Of a stretch of DNA of 64,000 bases, positions 24,084-35,984 are shown piece by piece. The DNA lies in NCBI GenBank assembly GCA_964634935.1, contig CAZWJT010000002.1, forward strand, positions 202,643 to 266,642. The letters are read 5' to 3'. The translations under genes and the position numbers were made by a program. This DNA comes from an uncultured Planctomycetia bacterium. Its GTDB lineage: Bacteria; Omnitrophota; Gorgyraeia; Duberdicusellales; Duberdicusellaceae. How positions within the stretch are numbered: the stretch's first letter is position 1; each line of letters opens with the position of its first letter. The notes under the pieces were generated by a model. It saw only the letters and a list, made by a program, of their open reading frames with translations, was not told the DNA's origin and made no database searches.

Positions 24084-26144
24084 ATGAATGACACTCAACT
24101 CGAGAAAATAAGAAATATTGGGTTTATCGCCCATATTGACGCTGGGAAAACTACGACCACCGAAAAAGTTCTTTTCTACACGGGAAAGATACACCGTCCA
24201 GGAGAAGTGGATGACGGTACAACCGCCACTGATTGGATGCCGCAAGAGCGGGAACGCGGTATCACCATAACTGCAGCAGCCACCTATTGCTCATGGCGAA
24301 ATTATACGGTAAATATCATTGACACCCCGGGTCATGTAGATTTTACCGTTGAAGTTGAACGGTCACTCAAGGTACTCGATGGATGTGTAATCATTTTTTG
24401 CGCCCAAGGAGGGGTTGAACCTCAGTCAGAAACAGTTTGGCGACAAGCTGATCGGTATAACGTAGCACGCATCGCCTTTGTGAACAAAATGGATAAAGTC
24501 GGGGCTGATTTTTATGGATGCATTAAACAAATGGAAGAAAAACTTGCTGCCCGCCCGCTTGTTTTACAAATACCATATTACTTACACGACGAGCTTGCTG
24601 GGATTATCGATATTCTGAAAGGAAAAATGCTTGTCTATAAAGACCCTGAAGGGTTAGAATCGGAGTTTGTTGAAATACCAAAAGAGGAACACACTAGGTT
24701 TCTGCAATTTCGGGAAAAACTCATCGAAAATCTCGCTGAAATAGATGACAGCATTATGGAAAAGTTTATTCAGGGGGTGGAGATTCCTGAACCAAAATTC
24801 ATCACCTCGATACGCAAAAGCACCATCGCCAATAAGTTTGTTCCTGTTCTTTTGGGATCATCGTTAAAAAATCGCGGTGTCCAGCCGCTCCTTGATGCAA
24901 TTTGCCGTTATCTTCCATCTCCGCTCGATATCAAATCTATCCGCGGCTTTGATGAAAATACCCACGCTGATCTTGAACGAAAAATCTCCTTGCAAACTCC
25001 TTTTTGCGGATTATGTTTCAAAATTGCAAATGACCCATACGTGGGAAAATTATTTTATGTGCGTATCTATTCTGGATCGCTCGACTCAGGAGAAACTATT
25101 TATAATTCAACCAGAAAACTCAAAGAACGGGTCAATAAAATAGTGCGCATGCATGCTAATCACCAAGAACTTGTTGATCACGCGTTCTGCGGTGATATTG
25201 TCTGTTTTGTTGGCTTAAAAGAGACGAAAACCGGGGATACACTTTGCGCAAAAGAAGACCCTATGGTACTGGAACAAATAAGATTTCCTGAACCGGTAAT
25301 TTCAATGGCAATTGAACCAAAGATAAAGGCTGATCAAGAAAAACTGTCTTATGCACTTCATAAGCTTTACGAAGAAGACCCATCGCTGAGACTCAGCTAT
25401 AACCAAGAAACCGGACAATCGCTGATTTCGGGAATGGGACAATTACATCTTGAGATTGCGGTTGACAGAATTCTCCGCGAATTTAATGTTGGTGTGCACA
25501 CAGGAAATCCTCAGGTCGCATATCGCGAAACAATTCGCAAGACGGTAACGAGTGTTGGAAAATTTATACAGCAAACCGGTGGACATGGACAGTATGGTCA
25601 CGTAGTGCTTCTTCTAGAACCGCTTGAAAAAGGCGAAGTACAATTTGTAAATGCCATAAAGGGTGGTGTAATACCTCAGGAATTTATTCCCGCTGTCGAA
25701 AGCGGAGTATTGGAGGCATCCAAAAATGGAGCACTGGGAGGTTTTCCTGTAACGAAAATAAAAATATCGCTTATCGATGGCTCCTACCACGATGTTGATT
25801 CGTCGCCACTTGCATTTCAACTAGCGGCAAATATCGGGATTGCGGACGGACTACGCCGTGCAGAGCCTGCTTTGCTCGAACCAGTTATGTCGTTAGAGAT
25901 TATCGTTCCTTTTGATAACTTGAGCGTAGTAATCGGGGATCTGAATGCGCGACGCGCAAAAATTCATTCCATCGGCGAAAAAGCGAACGTGAAAATAGTC
26001 ATCGCTCACTGCCCATTGCGTGAACTTTTTGGATATGCGGATGTCTTACGAAACATCACTCAGGGGCGGGGCGTTTACAGTATGGAGCCGGCGTTTTACG
26101 ATCAAGTTCCCGAGGAAATTTCTTTTAAAATATTAGGAAAATAA
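24084..26144 (+). CDS. fusA: elongation factor G
   Basis: [10 protein letters not shown]-domain and the full five-domain length. The ORF-track frame begins at a TTG at 24057; 24084 is the first ATG. Confidence 0.95.
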   Translation: MNDTQLEKIRNIGFIAHIDAGKTTTTEKVLFYTGKIHRPGEVDDGTTATDWMPQERERGITITAAATYCSWRNYTVNIIDTPGHVDFTVEVERSLKVLDGCVIIFCAQGGVEPQSETVWRQADRYNVARIAFVNKMDKVGADFYGCIKQMEEKLAARPLVLQIPYYLHDELAGIIDILKGKMLVYKDPEGLESEFVEIPKEEHTRFLQFREKLIENLAEIDDSIMEKFIQGVEIPEPKFITSIRKSTIANKFVPVLLGSSLKNRGVQPLLDAICRYLPSPLDIKSIRGFDENTHADLERKISLQTPFCGLCFKIANDPYVGKLFYVRIYSGSLDSGETIYNSTRKLKERVNKIVRMHANHQELVDHAFCGDIVCFVGLKETKTGDTLCAKEDPMVLEQIRFPEPVISMAIEPKIKADQEKLSYALHKLYEEDPSLRLSYNQETGQSLISGMGQLHLEIAVDRILREFNVGVHTGNPQVAYRETIRKTVTSVGKFIQQTGGHGQYGHVVLLLEPLEKGEVQFVNAIKGGVIPQEFIPAVESGVLEASKNGALGGFPVTKIKISLIDGSYHDVDSSPLAFQLAANIGIADGLRRAEPALLEPVMSLEIIVPFDNLSVVIGDLNARRAKIHSIGEKANVKIVIAHCPLRELFGYADVLRNITQGRGVYSMEPAFYDQVPEEISFKILGK

Positions 26145-26158
26145 CAGGGAGGTGTTGT

Positions 26159-27370
26159 ATGGCAAAGGAAAAATTTGTACGAAGTAAGCCGCATGTCAAC
26201 GTTGGAACAATCGGTCATGTTGACCATGGAAAAACAACTCTGACCGCGGCGCTCACAAAGGTTTTGTCGATGAAAGGGCTTGCAAGTTTTATTTCATATG
26301 ATCAGGTTGCGAAAGCAAGTGAATCACAAGGACGCCGTGACGAAACAAAAATTTTAACAATTGCCATATCGCATGTCGAATATGAAACCGACAAGCGGCA
26401 TTATGCGCATATTGATTGCCCGGGACATGCTGACTATATTAAAAATATGATTACCGGAGCTGCTCAGATGGATGGCGCAATACTCGTAGTTTCTGCCACA
26501 GATGGACCAATGCCTCAAACCCGTGAACATATCCTCTTAGCGCGACAGGTTAACGTACCGGCAATCGTCGTGTTTCTTAATAAAGTAGATGCCGTGGAAG
26601 ATAAAGAACTCGTTGACCTAGTCGAGATGGAAATCCGCGATCTTTTGACAAAATATAATTTCCCTGGAGACAAAACGCCGATTATTCGTGGCTCAGCTCT
26701 CAAAGCGCTTAATGCAGCTTCTGCGAGCGACGAAGCATGCAAACCAATTTTTGAGCTCATGAATGCAGTTGATGAATTCATCCCAACACCAAAGAGAGAT
26801 GTTGATAAGCCGTTTCTTATGGCGGTTGAGGATGTCTTTTCAATCTCCGGACGCGGAACCGTTGCTACTGGCAGAGTTGAACGCGGAAAAGTAAAAGTTG
26901 GTGAAGAAATTGACCTCATCGGACTTCATCCAGAAATTAAAAAATCGGTTGTTACCGGTGTTGAAATGTTTCGCAAGGTTCTCGATGAAGGAGAAGCAGG
27001 TGATAACGTAGGCCTTCTTCTTCGGGGTGTTGAAAAAGCGGACATTGAAAGAGGAATGGTCGCAGCAAAACCTGGTTCGATTACTCCTCATACGAAATTT
27101 AAAGCACAAATTTATTCTTTAAAGAAAGAGGAAGGGGGACGCCATACTCCGTTCTTTGCTGGCTATAGGCCACAATTTTATTTCCGAACCACTGATGTCA
27201 CTGGAACAGTTAAACTTCCTCAGGGCGTTGAAATGGTTATGCCTGGAGATAATGTAGAAGTCGAAGCCGAACTCATTCAGCCAGTAGCTCTTGAAAAAGA
27301 ATTGCGTTTTGCGATTCGCGAAGGCGGAAGAACAGTCGGTGCAGGTGTTATTACTGAAATTCTTGCGTAA
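26159..27370 (+). CDS. tuf: elongation factor Tu
   Basis: [21 protein letters not shown] and NKVD motifs. GGGAGG SD upstream. Confidence 0.97.
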   Translation: MAKEKFVRSKPHVNVGTIGHVDHGKTTLTAALTKVLSMKGLASFISYDQVAKASESQGRRDETKILTIAISHVEYETDKRHYAHIDCPGHADYIKNMITGAAQMDGAILVVSATDGPMPQTREHILLARQVNVPAIVVFLNKVDAVEDKELVDLVEMEIRDLLTKYNFPGDKTPIIRGSALKALNAASASDEACKPIFELMNAVDEFIPTPKRDVDKPFLMAVEDVFSISGRGTVATGRVERGKVKVGEEIDLIGLHPEIKKSVVTGVEMFRKVLDEGEAGDNVGLLLRGVEKADIERGMVAAKPGSITPHTKFKAQIYSLKKEEGGRHTPFFAGYRPQFYFRTTDVTGTVKLPQGVEMVMPGDNVEVEAELIQPVALEKELRFAIREGGRTVGAGVITEILA

Positions 27371-27378
27371 AGGAGCCT

Positions 27379-27687
27379 ATGCAAACTATACGAATTAAGT
27401 TAAAAGCGTACGATCACAGAATCCTGGACCAGTCGACTCAGGAAATAGTCGAAACAGCAGTGCGTACTGGAGCAGAAGTGGCAGGACCGATTCCTTTGCC
27501 GACTGACAGGAAAATTTATACTGTGCTTCGTTCACCGCATATTGACAAAAAATCACGAGAACAGTTTATGGTTGCGGTACATAAACGTACCCTCGAAATA
27601 AAAAATCCTACAGCAAAAACAATTGATGCCTTGCGCAAACTTAATCTCCCCGCTGGCGTTAATGCTGAAATCAAGCAGGAGATGTAA
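27379..27687 (+). CDS. rpsJ: 30S ribosomal protein S10
   Basis: S10 sequence. Only 8 nt after tuf, so there is no S10 leader. Confidence 0.95.
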   Translation: MQTIRIKLKAYDHRILDQSTQEIVETAVRTGAEVAGPIPLPTDRKIYTVLRSPHIDKKSREQFMVAVHKRTLEIKNPTAKTIDALRKLNLPAGVNAEIKQEM

Positions 27688-27696
27688 GGAGTAACC

Positions 27697-28317
27697 ATGA
27701 TCAGGGAAATGATTGGACGTAAAATCGGAATGACTCAACTCTATGACGCACAATCAATGTTTCGAGGTGTAACTGCATTAGAAGTAAATCCGGGCGTTGT
27801 CCTGGAAGTAAAAAAATACACGAAGAAAAACGTCGCCAAGGTTGGTTTTTTCCCTGAAATCCGCGAACGCAAACATAAAAAACCGTTAGCGGGATATTTC
27901 AAAAAACTCAATCTTCCCTATCAACAGTATGTCACTGAAATCCCCGTCGAAGAAAATGAAACCTTAAAAACTGGAGATCCAGTTGGCATCGAGGTATTCA
28001 GCGAGAATGAAAAGGTAGATGTGGTTGGAATTTCCAAAGGCAAGGGATTTCAGGGGGGAATGCGGCGGCATAATTGGTCGGGACAGCCAGCAGCGCATGG
28101 TTCAATGAGCCATCGGCGAATTGGTTCAAATGGAGCCAATACATTTCCGGGACGCGTTCTACGTGGACACAGAATGCCTGGACATCAAGGCGATGCGCGA
28201 ATTACGATTAAAAACACAACCATTGTCAAAATCGATAAAGAACGAAATCTTCTGTTTGTAGAAGGATCCGTTCCTGGCGGTAAAAATGCGATTGTGACCA
28301 TTAAAAAGAAAGCATAA
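27697..28317 (+). CDS. rplC: 50S ribosomal protein L3
   Basis: L3 family. Confidence 0.95.
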   Translation: MIREMIGRKIGMTQLYDAQSMFRGVTALEVNPGVVLEVKKYTKKNVAKVGFFPEIRERKHKKPLAGYFKKLNLPYQQYVTEIPVEENETLKTGDPVGIEVFSENEKVDVVGISKGKGFQGGMRRHNWSGQPAAHGSMSHRRIGSNGANTFPGRVLRGHRMPGHQGDARITIKNTTIVKIDKERNLLFVEGSVPGGKNAIVTIKKKA

Positions 28318-28327
28318 GGTTTGAATC

Positions 28328-28963
28328 ATGAAATTGAAAGTACATACCATCGAAGGGAAAGTCGTCGGTGAACAAGAACTCAATGCGCAAGTGTTTGACG
28401 GAAAGGTCAACATGGACCTGCTCCATCAAGTTATCCGCGGCTATCAAACATTGAAAAACTCAATGCGAAAGGCATCGACAAAAACTAGAGGCGATGTTTC
28501 CGGAAGTGGAGCAAAACCATGGCGCCAAAAAGGTACTGGACGCGCTCGAGTTGGCGAAAAACGAAACCCCATCTGGCGTAAAGGGGGCATTGTTTTTGGA
28601 CCGCATCCGCACATAAAATCCTTCAGTCTTCCGAAAAAGATACGACTCGCCGCTTTAAAATCGGCTCTCAACGCAAAAACACGCGACAATCAATTGCTTG
28701 TCCTGGACGTTTTAAGCATGAAAAATATCGAGACAAAGGAATTCGCAAAAATAATCAGGAATCTCAAGGTTACCACAACAGGATTATGGGTTGATAAAGC
28801 ATTCTCGCGCCAGATAACTCTTTCGGCGCGGAATATCCCCATGGTACTCTTAAAACGAGCTGACGATGTAAATGCTTATGACCTTCTCAACAATTCATTT
28901 CTCGTGATAACTCAAGAGGCGCTTACGATTCTTGAGAAAAAAATCTTAGAAAGGAATTCTTGA
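28328..28963 (+). CDS. rplD: 50S ribosomal protein L4
   Basis: L4 family. Confidence 0.95.
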   Translation: MKLKVHTIEGKVVGEQELNAQVFDGKVNMDLLHQVIRGYQTLKNSMRKASTKTRGDVSGSGAKPWRQKGTGRARVGEKRNPIWRKGGIVFGPHPHIKSFSLPKKIRLAALKSALNAKTRDNQLLVLDVLSMKNIETKEFAKIIRNLKVTTTGLWVDKAFSRQITLSARNIPMVLLKRADDVNAYDLLNNSFLVITQEALTILEKKILERNS

Positions 28964-28964
28964 A

Positions 28965-29243
28965 ATGAAAAATTTTTATGATATAATCATTACTCCTTTG
29001 TTGACCGAGAAGGCGACGCGGCTAAATCCGCTCAACCAGTATATGTTTGAGGTTTCGAGGGAAGCGAATAAGATTGAGATAAAGAATGCGGTTGAGAAAA
29101 TATATAAAGTGAAGGTAAAAACAGTGCATACCATAAGTCATAAAGGAAAGAAAAAGAGAATTCGCGCTCAACAAGGATACACTGCATCTTGGAAAAAAGC
29201 GATTATTACATTGCAGCCAGGAAACAAAATCGAGTTTGCTTAA
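28965..29243 (+). CDS. rplW: 50S ribosomal protein L23
   Basis: L23 family. Confidence 0.95.
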   Translation: MKNFYDIIITPLLTEKATRLNPLNQYMFEVSREANKIEIKNAVEKIYKVKVKTVHTISHKGKKKRIRAQQGYTASWKKAIITLQPGNKIEFA

Positions 29244-29248
29244 ACCAT

Positions 29249-30082
29249 ATGGGAATAAAGACATTAAAACCAACTACTGCACCGCAGCGTTTTACCGTAC
29301 TTCCTGATTTTCAGGAAATCACAAAAGATTTCCCAGAAAAGTCGCTACTGGTTCCTCTTAAAAAAACCGGCGGAAGGAATAACCGGGGAAGAATCACTTC
29401 ACGCAGGCACGGCGGAGGACATAAACAAATGTACCGCCTAATCGATTTCAAGCGGAATAAATTTGATATTCCCGGAAAAGTTATTGCGATTGAATATGAT
29501 CCGGGTCGTACTGCCCGCATCGCTCTTATTGAATACCCCGATAAAGAACGAAGATACATCATTCTCCCAAAAGATTTGAAAGTTGGAAACACGATAATCA
29601 GCGCAGCAAATGCTCAGACGGAAATCAATCCCGGAAATGCAATGAAATTAGAATATATACCTCTCGGTAGCACAATTCACAACATTGAACTGCATCCGCA
29701 AAGCGGCGCTACTTTTGTGCGCAGCGCTGGAAGCAGCGCTCAACTCATGGCGAAAGAAAAAGGATTTGCCCAGATTCGAATGCCGTCCGGAGAGATTCGA
29801 ACCGTAAGTCTCCAGTGCCGGGCAACCATTGGACAAATAGGTTTCGAGGAACATGCATCACGGGTATACGGGAAAGCCGGCCGCCGGCGTTGGCTTGGTA
29901 AACGACCTGAAGTGCGCGGCGTCGCAATGAACCCAATAGATCATCCGCATGGCGGAGGAGAAGGAAAAGCCGGCCAAGGAAATCCACATCCAGTCACCCC
30001 ATGGGGGAAACCGACAAAAGGCGGAAAAACACGAAGACCAAAAAATAAAAGCAACCGTTATATTATCCGCAGGAGAAAATAA
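29249..30082 (+). CDS. rplB: 50S ribosomal protein L2
   Basis: [15 protein letters not shown] start and the L2 core. The ORF-track frame opens earlier, at 29189. Confidence 0.95.
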   Translation: MGIKTLKPTTAPQRFTVLPDFQEITKDFPEKSLLVPLKKTGGRNNRGRITSRRHGGGHKQMYRLIDFKRNKFDIPGKVIAIEYDPGRTARIALIEYPDKERRYIILPKDLKVGNTIISAANAQTEINPGNAMKLEYIPLGSTIHNIELHPQSGATFVRSAGSSAQLMAKEKGFAQIRMPSGEIRTVSLQCRATIGQIGFEEHASRVYGKAGRRRWLGKRPEVRGVAMNPIDHPHGGGEGKAGQGNPHPVTPWGKPTKGGKTRRPKNKSNRYIIRRRK

Positions 30083-30369
30083 TGGGAAGATCAACCAAAA
30101 AAGGGCCATTTGTCGAGAAAAAACTATTAGAGAAAGTGCAAGCCGCTCATTCCAAGAATGACCGGAAGCCGATCAAAACATGGTCGCGCTCTTCCATGGT
30201 GCTTCCCGAATTTGTCGGTTTTACCTTTGCAATTCATGATGGACATAAACACATTCCTGTTTTTATCACTGAAAGTATGGTGGGGCATCGTCTTGGGGAG
30301 TTTGTTCCCACTAGACTTTTTAAGCAACATGGCGGCATTAAGGCGAAAAAGGCATTAGAAAAAACATAA
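30082..30369 (+). CDS. rpsS: 30S ribosomal protein S19
   Basis: S19 family. TAATG overlap with rplB. Confidence 0.95.
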   Translation: MGRSTKKGPFVEKKLLEKVQAAHSKNDRKPIKTWSRSSMVLPEFVGFTFAIHDGHKHIPVFITESMVGHRLGEFVPTRLFKQHGGIKAKKALEKT

Positions 30370-30373
30370 AAAT

Positions 30374-30769
30374 ATGGCAGCTTTTGCGCAGGCAAAATAT
30401 CTCAGGATTTCTCCAACAAAAGCACGGGTTATTATCCCTTTATTGAAGGGAAAATCAACGGTTGAAGCATTGCAGATTTTAAAATTTACCAATAAGAAGG
30501 CAAGTGCCCTGTTTGAGAAAGTAATTAAATCTGCGGTAAGCAATGCTGCCCAGAAAGGTATTGATAAAAATTTGCTCTATATCAGCCGCATTCTTGTTGA
30601 CGGCGGACCAATGTATAAACGATACAAAGCGGCTCCCTTCGGACGAGCAGTGATGATCCGCAGACGGACATCACATATTTCAATATATCTTGACGCAAAA
30701 GGCATGCCCGTGAATCAAGACCGGCACGCAAAAGTAGCGAAAAAAGAAAGAATTCCCAAAAAGCGGTAA
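30374..30769 (+). CDS. rplV: 50S ribosomal protein L22
   Basis: L22 family. Confidence 0.95.
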   Translation: MAAFAQAKYLRISPTKARVIIPLLKGKSTVEALQILKFTNKKASALFEKVIKSAVSNAAQKGIDKNLLYISRILVDGGPMYKRYKAAPFGRAVMIRRRTSHISIYLDAKGMPVNQDRHAKVAKKERIPKKR

Positions 30770-30784
30770 TCAAGAGGTGAAATA

Positions 30785-31456
30785 GTGGGACAAAAAGTTC
30801 ATCCCTATGTATTGCGAATCGGCTTTGGTAAAACATGGCTTTCTCGGTGGTTTGTTGACCGAAAAAGAGAATTTGCCCAGTTTGTTGAAGAAGATGTCCA
30901 TATCAGAGAAATTATTAAAAAATCATACAACGAAGGATCTATCTCCCGTATAGAAATTGAAAGAGTTTCAAACGGAGCAATTCGTATCCGCATATCAACA
31001 TCTCGCCCTGGAGTTATTATCGGGCGAAGGGGACAGGATATCGAGCGAGTCAAATCCGAAATATACGCTCTTACGAAAAAAGAAATTATGATCGACGTCG
31101 AAGAAATTCTCGAGCCCGCATCAGAAGCGCAATTGATCGCAGAGCAAATTTCTTTTCAGATTATTAAGCGCGTAAATTTTCGGCGCGCGATGAAAAAAGC
31201 TGTGGCCAACGCACTCCAGGCTCGCGTTCAAGGGATAAAGATCCGCGCTTCCGGACGCTTGGGGGGTGCTGAAATTGCGCGCAGCGAGATCTATAAATTC
31301 GGAAAAATACCCCTTCAAACGTTTAAATCGAATATTGATTACGGATTTGCGATATCAAAAACAACCTACGGCACTATTGGCGTAAAAGTATGGCTTTATA
31401 AAACTGACGCGTATCTTGGCGACTACTTAAAACCACAGGAAGAACCAAAAGAATAA
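30785..31456 (+). CDS. rpsC: 30S ribosomal protein S3
   Basis: MGQKVHPYVLRIG start with a KH domain. Confidence 0.95.
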   Translation: MGQKVHPYVLRIGFGKTWLSRWFVDRKREFAQFVEEDVHIREIIKKSYNEGSISRIEIERVSNGAIRIRISTSRPGVIIGRRGQDIERVKSEIYALTKKEIMIDVEEILEPASEAQLIAEQISFQIIKRVNFRRAMKKAVANALQARVQGIKIRASGRLGGAEIARSEIYKFGKIPLQTFKSNIDYGFAISKTTYGTIGVKVWLYKTDAYLGDYLKPQEEPKE

Positions 31457-31460
31457 ATCT

Positions 31461-31868
31461 ATGGCATTTACTCCTGCGCGAATCAAATATCGGAAATCGC
31501 AACGCGGCAATCGTACGGGACTTGCCGTTGCCGGCAGTAGAATAAGTTTTGGCGAATTTGGATTAAAAAGCTTGGAATGCGGGTATTTAACAAATAACCA
31601 GTTAGAAATGATCCGAGTTATCATGAGTCGAGCATTACGCCGCGGCGGTAAATTCTGGATCAGAGTGTTTTCCGATAAGCCCTATACTAAAAAACCAGCG
31701 GAAACCCGCCAAGGTAAAGGCAAAGGCGATGTTGACCATTATGTCGCAGTAATCCGCAGAGGTATGATTCTTTTCGAGATTGGCGGCATACCCCGAGAAT
31801 ACGCGCTGGAAGTATTTAACAGCATTGCGTACAAACTTCCAATGAAAACGAGGTTTATTGAACGATGA
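31461..31868 (+). CDS. rplP: 50S ribosomal protein L16
   Basis: L16 family. Confidence 0.95.
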   Translation: MAFTPARIKYRKSQRGNRTGLAVAGSRISFGEFGLKSLECGYLTNNQLEMIRVIMSRALRRGGKFWIRVFSDKPYTKKPAETRQGKGKGDVDHYVAVIRRGMILFEIGGIPREYALEVFNSIAYKLPMKTRFIER

Positions 31869-32077
31869 TAAAAATAAAAGATATTCGTCTTCTCTCAAAA
31901 GAAGAAATCGAGACAAAAATCAATGATTTGAAGAAAGATTTGTTCGATTTAAACTTTAAACGACGCTATGGAAAAGTGGAAAAACCACATCTCTTTAGCC
32001 AAGCCCGAAAAGACATCGCGAGAATGAAAACAGTCTTAAAGGAGAAGCAAAATGGAAAAGCGAAAAAAGATTCTTGA
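31865..32077 (+). CDS. rpmC: 50S ribosomal protein L29
   Basis: L29 family with a short basic C-terminal tail. Confidence 0.9.
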   Translation: MIKIKDIRLLSKEEIETKINDLKKDLFDLNFKRRYGKVEKPHLFSQARKDIARMKTVLKEKQNGKAKKDS

Positions 32078-32294
32078 AGGACAAGTACTGTCGAACAAAA
32101 TGAAAAATACAGTAGTTGTTCAAGTGGCAATGTCAATTCGGCATCCACTTTATAAAAAAGGTGTAAAAAAACAAACAAAAATAAAAGCCCATTCTCTTTT
32201 ACAAAACATCCAGATAGGAGACAAGGTAAGAATTATTGAAAACAAACCTATCTCGAAGGAAAAACGATTTCGCGTTGTGGAAGTCATAAAATAA
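32052..32294 (+). CDS. rpsQ: 30S ribosomal protein S17
   Basis: ILEGQVLSNKMKNTVVV matches the S17 N-terminus. Overlaps rpmC by 26 nt. Confidence 0.9.
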   Translation: MEKRKKILEGQVLSNKMKNTVVVQVAMSIRHPLYKKGVKKQTKIKAHSLLQNIQIGDKVRIIENKPISKEKRFRVVEVIK

Positions 32295-32300
32295 AAAACG

Positions 32301-32666
32301 ATGTTAATAGTAAAGAGTCGACTCAAAGTTGCGGATAACACGGGAGCAAAAATTGTTTCACTCATCGGAGTTATTGGTAAAAAAAATAAGCTGTACGCTG
32401 ACATTGGCGATGTCATTACTGCAAATGTGAAAGAATCAATAGGAGAGGCCCAAGTGAAAAAAGGGGAAGTTGTACGTGCGGTAGTTGTGCGCACCCATTT
32501 TCCAATACGCCGGAATGATGGCTCGGTTATCAAGTTCGATACCAACGCTTGCGTGATCATTGATAAGCAAAACAACCCTCGAGGAACAAGGGTTTTTGGT
32601 CCAGTTGCCCGAGAATTACGATCAACATTCAGTAAAATACTCTCGCTTGCTCCGGAGGTGCTCTAA
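32301..32666 (+). CDS. rplN: 50S ribosomal protein L14
   Basis: [12 protein letters not shown] motif. Confidence 0.95.
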   Translation: MLIVKSRLKVADNTGAKIVSLIGVIGKKNKLYADIGDVITANVKESIGEAQVKKGEVVRAVVVRTHFPIRRNDGSVIKFDTNACVIIDKQNNPRGTRVFGPVARELRSTFSKILSLAPEVL

Positions 32667-32977
32667 TGTTAGGCATTCGAAAAAATGATAAAGTAATTGT
32701 TCGATCCGGAAAGGATAAAAACAAGACAGGAACGGTATTGCAAATTCTCCGGGAAAAAAAACGTGCTATCGTCGAAGGGGTAAATATTGTGAAAAAGCAC
32801 ATGCGGAAACGAAGCGAAAACAGCCCTTCGGGAATAGTCGAACGTCCGGCATCAATCTCAATTTCAAACCTTGCGCTCTACTGTACTGCTTGTAAAAAAG
32901 GGGTTCGTTATTCCGTGAAACTGCTTGAGGATAAGACAAAAATAAGAACATGCAAAAAATGCGGTGCATCCCTATGA
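32666..32977 (+). CDS. rplX: 50S ribosomal protein L24 with a C-terminal four-Cys (CxxC...CxxC) zinc-ribbon-like tail
   Basis: KOW motif VIVRSGKDKNKTG. The C-terminus reads ...[33 protein letters not shown]. Confidence 0.9.
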   Translation: MLGIRKNDKVIVRSGKDKNKTGTVLQILREKKRAIVEGVNIVKKHMRKRSENSPSGIVERPASISISNLALYCTACKKGVRYSVKLLEDKTKIRTCKKCGASL

Positions 32978-33534
32978 ACTCCCAAAAAAAATATATTCCG
33001 CGCTTAAAAGAAAAATATCTGAACGAAGTCATCCCTCAAATGAAAGAAAAATTCGGCTATACCAATACCTTAGCAATTCCGAAGCTTCTTAAAATTTCTA
33101 TCAATATGGGCGTTGGAGAAGCGCTGCAAGACACGAAGTATATCGATAAAGCGAAACAAGAACTTGCCACAATTACCGGCCAAATGCCGAAAGTTACCCG
33201 TGCCCGCAAGGCTATTTCAAACTTCAAATTAAAGCAAGGGGCTGCAATTGGGTGCGCGGTAACGTTACGTAAAGACCGAATGTATGAATTTCTTGATAAA
33301 TTCATTAGCATTGCTGCTCCGCGTATTCGAGATTTTCGAGGGTTTACGCTTCGCGGTTTTGATGGCAACGGAAACTACAACTTTGGCCTTTCAGAACAAA
33401 CCATTTTTATCGAACTTGAAACAGACCGGCTTGAGCGCACTCAAGGGCTTAATATCACAATCTGCACATCAGCGCAAACCGACGAAGAGGCAAAAGCATT
33501 ATTGATTTTCTTAGGTTTTCCATTCCGAAAGTAA
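32974..33534 (+). CDS. rplE: 50S ribosomal protein L5
   Basis: L5 family. ATGA overlap with rplX. Confidence 0.95.
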   Translation: MNSQKKYIPRLKEKYLNEVIPQMKEKFGYTNTLAIPKLLKISINMGVGEALQDTKYIDKAKQELATITGQMPKVTRARKAISNFKLKQGAAIGCAVTLRKDRMYEFLDKFISIAAPRIRDFRGFTLRGFDGNGNYNFGLSEQTIFIELETDRLERTQGLNITICTSAQTDEEAKALLIFLGFPFRK

Positions 33535-33548
33535 AGATAAGGAGCGCC

Positions 33549-33734
33549 ATGGCAACAACTGCGAAAATCGAAAAATGGAAGAAAAAGTCAAAATTCAAAG
33601 TGCGCCATAAAAATCGGTGCCGTCTGTGCGGAAGACCGAGGGGATTTATCCGTGATTTTGAACTTTGCAGAATTTGTTTTCGCGAGTTGGCCTGGCAAGG
33701 AAAGATTCCAGGAGTAGTAAAGGCAAGCTGGTAA
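33549..33734 (+). CDS. rpsN: 30S ribosomal protein S14 type Z (zinc-binding, 61 aa)
   Basis: CRLCGRP...CRICFRE four-Cys motif at short length. Confidence 0.95.
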   Translation: MATTAKIEKWKKKSKFKVRHKNRCRLCGRPRGFIRDFELCRICFRELAWQGKIPGVVKASW

Positions 33735-33746
33735 AACATAAAAAAC

Positions 33747-34142
33747 ATGAGTAGAACAGATATTATCGCCGATGCAATTACAATTATTCGTAATGGATAT
33801 CAAGCTCGCAAATCTGATGTTTTCATACCGTATTCAAAGCTACTGATGAGCGTCTGTCAAATACTGAAAGATAACGGGTATATCGAAAACCTCCGACAGG
33901 TGGAAGAAGGAAAAAAATCCACAATTAAGGTCTATCTGGCTTATATCGGAAAACGCCCGGCATTACAAAAAATTATTCGTATTTCTCGTCCGGGTAGACG
34001 TGTCTATGTTTCAAAAACCCATATACCAAATGTTTTGCGCGGGAAAGGGCTTGCAATCGTCTCGACATCAAAGGGTCTTTTTACGGCTCTACAGGCAAAA
34101 GAAAGCAAACTTGGCGGAGAAGTATTGCTCTACGCTTGGTAA
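33747..34142 (+). CDS. rpsH: 30S ribosomal protein S8
   Basis: S8 family. Confidence 0.95.
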   Translation: MSRTDIIADAITIIRNGYQARKSDVFIPYSKLLMSVCQILKDNGYIENLRQVEEGKKSTIKVYLAYIGKRPALQKIIRISRPGRRVYVSKTHIPNVLRGKGLAIVSTSKGLFTALQAKESKLGGEVLLYAW

Positions 34143-34156
34143 CGGAAGGAACGACA

Positions 34157-34702
34157 ATGTCACGTATAGGGAAAAAACCGATAGATATTCCAAAAAACAG
34201 TAAAATAACCATTACCGAACATACTGTCCATATCGAAGGACCTAAAGGAAAAATGGACCTTGTTATTCCATGTGGAATTTCCGTTACGCAGAAAGATGGA
34301 AAAGTTTCTGTGCTCCGTAATAACAATACGAAAGAAATCCGACAGAAACACGGCTTAATCCGTGCGCTTATCGCGAATATCTTTAAGGGTGTCATCGACG
34401 GTTACAAAAAGGAGCTTGAGATTATCGGCATCGGCTACAAAGTTCTCTTAAAAGGAAAAAATCTTGAAATACAACTTGGTTTTTCCCATCCGGTTCATAT
34501 ACAAATTCCTGATATTTTAAAGGTTACTGCTCCAGCGCCGACAAAAATAGCCATTGAGGGGTGTGATAAAGAGGCTGTAGGAAATTTTGCGGCAAAGATA
34601 CGAAAAATCTGCCCGCCTGAACCCTATAAAGGGAAGGGAATTCGATACACCGGTGAATATGTAAGGAAAAAACTGGGCAAAGCCCTGGCAAAAGCAGCCT
34701 AA
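34157..34702 (+). CDS. rplF: 50S ribosomal protein L6
   Basis: MSRIGKKPI start. Confidence 0.95.
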   Translation: MSRIGKKPIDIPKNSKITITEHTVHIEGPKGKMDLVIPCGISVTQKDGKVSVLRNNNTKEIRQKHGLIRALIANIFKGVIDGYKKELEIIGIGYKVLLKGKNLEIQLGFSHPVHIQIPDILKVTAPAPTKIAIEGCDKEAVGNFAAKIRKICPPEPYKGKGIRYTGEYVRKKLGKALAKAA

Positions 34703-34711
34703 GGATCAATT

Positions 34712-35065
34712 ATGAAAAAACAAGGAAGAGCACTACGGCATAAGCGCACACGAAAAAAAGTCTCCGGCACAACCACTCACCCCAGAGTTTGCGTCTTTCG
34801 GAGTAAAAAACATATCTATGCTCAGATTATCAACGATCAAGACTCTAAAACAATACTTGCATTCTCAACCCGTGACAAAGAATTTCTGAAAACCGGTTTA
34901 AAAACAACAAACCAAAAGGCAGCGCAGATGCTTGGCGAAACACTGGCAAAAAAAGCCATTGAAAAAGGAATTCAGCAAGTTTGTTTCGATAAGGCTGGTT
35001 ATTTATTTCATGGTCGAGTTAAAGCTCTCGCAGAAGGTTTGCGAAAAGGAGGATTAAAGTTGTAA
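34712..35065 (+). CDS. rplR: 50S ribosomal protein L18
   Basis: L18 family. Confidence 0.95.
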   Translation: MKKQGRALRHKRTRKKVSGTTTHPRVCVFRSKKHIYAQIINDQDSKTILAFSTRDKEFLKTGLKTTNQKAAQMLGETLAKKAIEKGIQQVCFDKAGYLFHGRVKALAEGLRKGGLKL

Positions 35066-35526
35066 TGGATACACGGAAAAGCTCGCTGCAGACTGACGAT
35101 GCATTTATAGAAAAAGTGGTTTCAATCAATCGCGTTACAAAAGTTACGAAAGGTGGAAAAAATCTTAAGTTTTCTGCATTGATCGTTGTTGGCGACGGCA
35201 AAGAGCGGGTTGGTTTCGCAATCGGAAAAGCACTCGAAGTTTCGGAAGCTATCCGCAAAGGAATTAAACAAGCAAAGCGAAATATGATTTCAGTGAAAAA
35301 ACAAGATTTAACAATTCCCCATGATGTTATCGGAAAGTTTGGAGCGGTAAATGTCCTTCTCAAACCAGCATCAGCTGGAACAGGAGTTATCGCCTGTCTT
35401 GCAGTTCGATCGATCTGTGAATGTATTGGCATCCATGACATCCTTACGAAGGTGCTTTCAAAATCAAATAATCCAATCAATGTTGTCCGAGCAACTTTTG
35501 AAGGGCTAAAACAAATAAAATCATAA
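35065..35526 (+). CDS. rpsE: 30S ribosomal protein S5
   Basis: S5 family. It is followed directly by rplO; there is no L30 gene. Confidence 0.95.
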   Translation: MDTRKSSLQTDDAFIEKVVSINRVTKVTKGGKNLKFSALIVVGDGKERVGFAIGKALEVSEAIRKGIKQAKRNMISVKKQDLTIPHDVIGKFGAVNVLLKPASAGTGVIACLAVRSICECIGIHDILTKVLSKSNNPINVVRATFEGLKQIKS

Positions 35527-35537
35527 CGGAGTAAAGT

Positions 35538-35984
35538 ATGGATTTATCCCAATTGAAGCCTCGACACAAAAATAAACAAAGAAAACGTGTTGGACGCGGA
35601 ATCGGTTCCGGCCTAGGAAAAACATCTACGCGCGGCCATAAAGGTACTGGCCAGCGTTCTGGCCGTGATTTCTATATTGGATTTGAAGGCGGAAATGTTC
35701 CATTTATCCGCCGTCTGCCCAAATACGGCTTTAACCATAAGCCAAAAATTACTTTCCAGATCGTGAATATTCGCGATCTAGAAGAACGCTTTGCGAATAA
35801 CGCAGAGGTTACCCCGCATACACTTAAAGAAAAAGGTCTGATTAAAAATCTCGACGGTAAGATAAAAATTTTGGCTGACGGTACCTTGACGAAGAAATTG
35901 GCTGTTTCGGCTCATAAATTTTCAAAAAAAGCTATTGAAATCATCACAGCAAACAAAGGAACTACCCAGTGCTTAAGTCGTTAG
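35538..35984 (+). CDS. rplO: 50S ribosomal protein L15
   Basis: L15 family, Gly/Arg-rich N-terminus. Confidence 0.95.
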   Translation: MDLSQLKPRHKNKQRKRVGRGIGSGLGKTSTRGHKGTGQRSGRDFYIGFEGGNVPFIRRLPKYGFNHKPKITFQIVNIRDLEERFANNAEVTPHTLKEKGLIKNLDGKIKILADGTLTKKLAVSAHKFSKKAIEIITANKGTTQCLSR

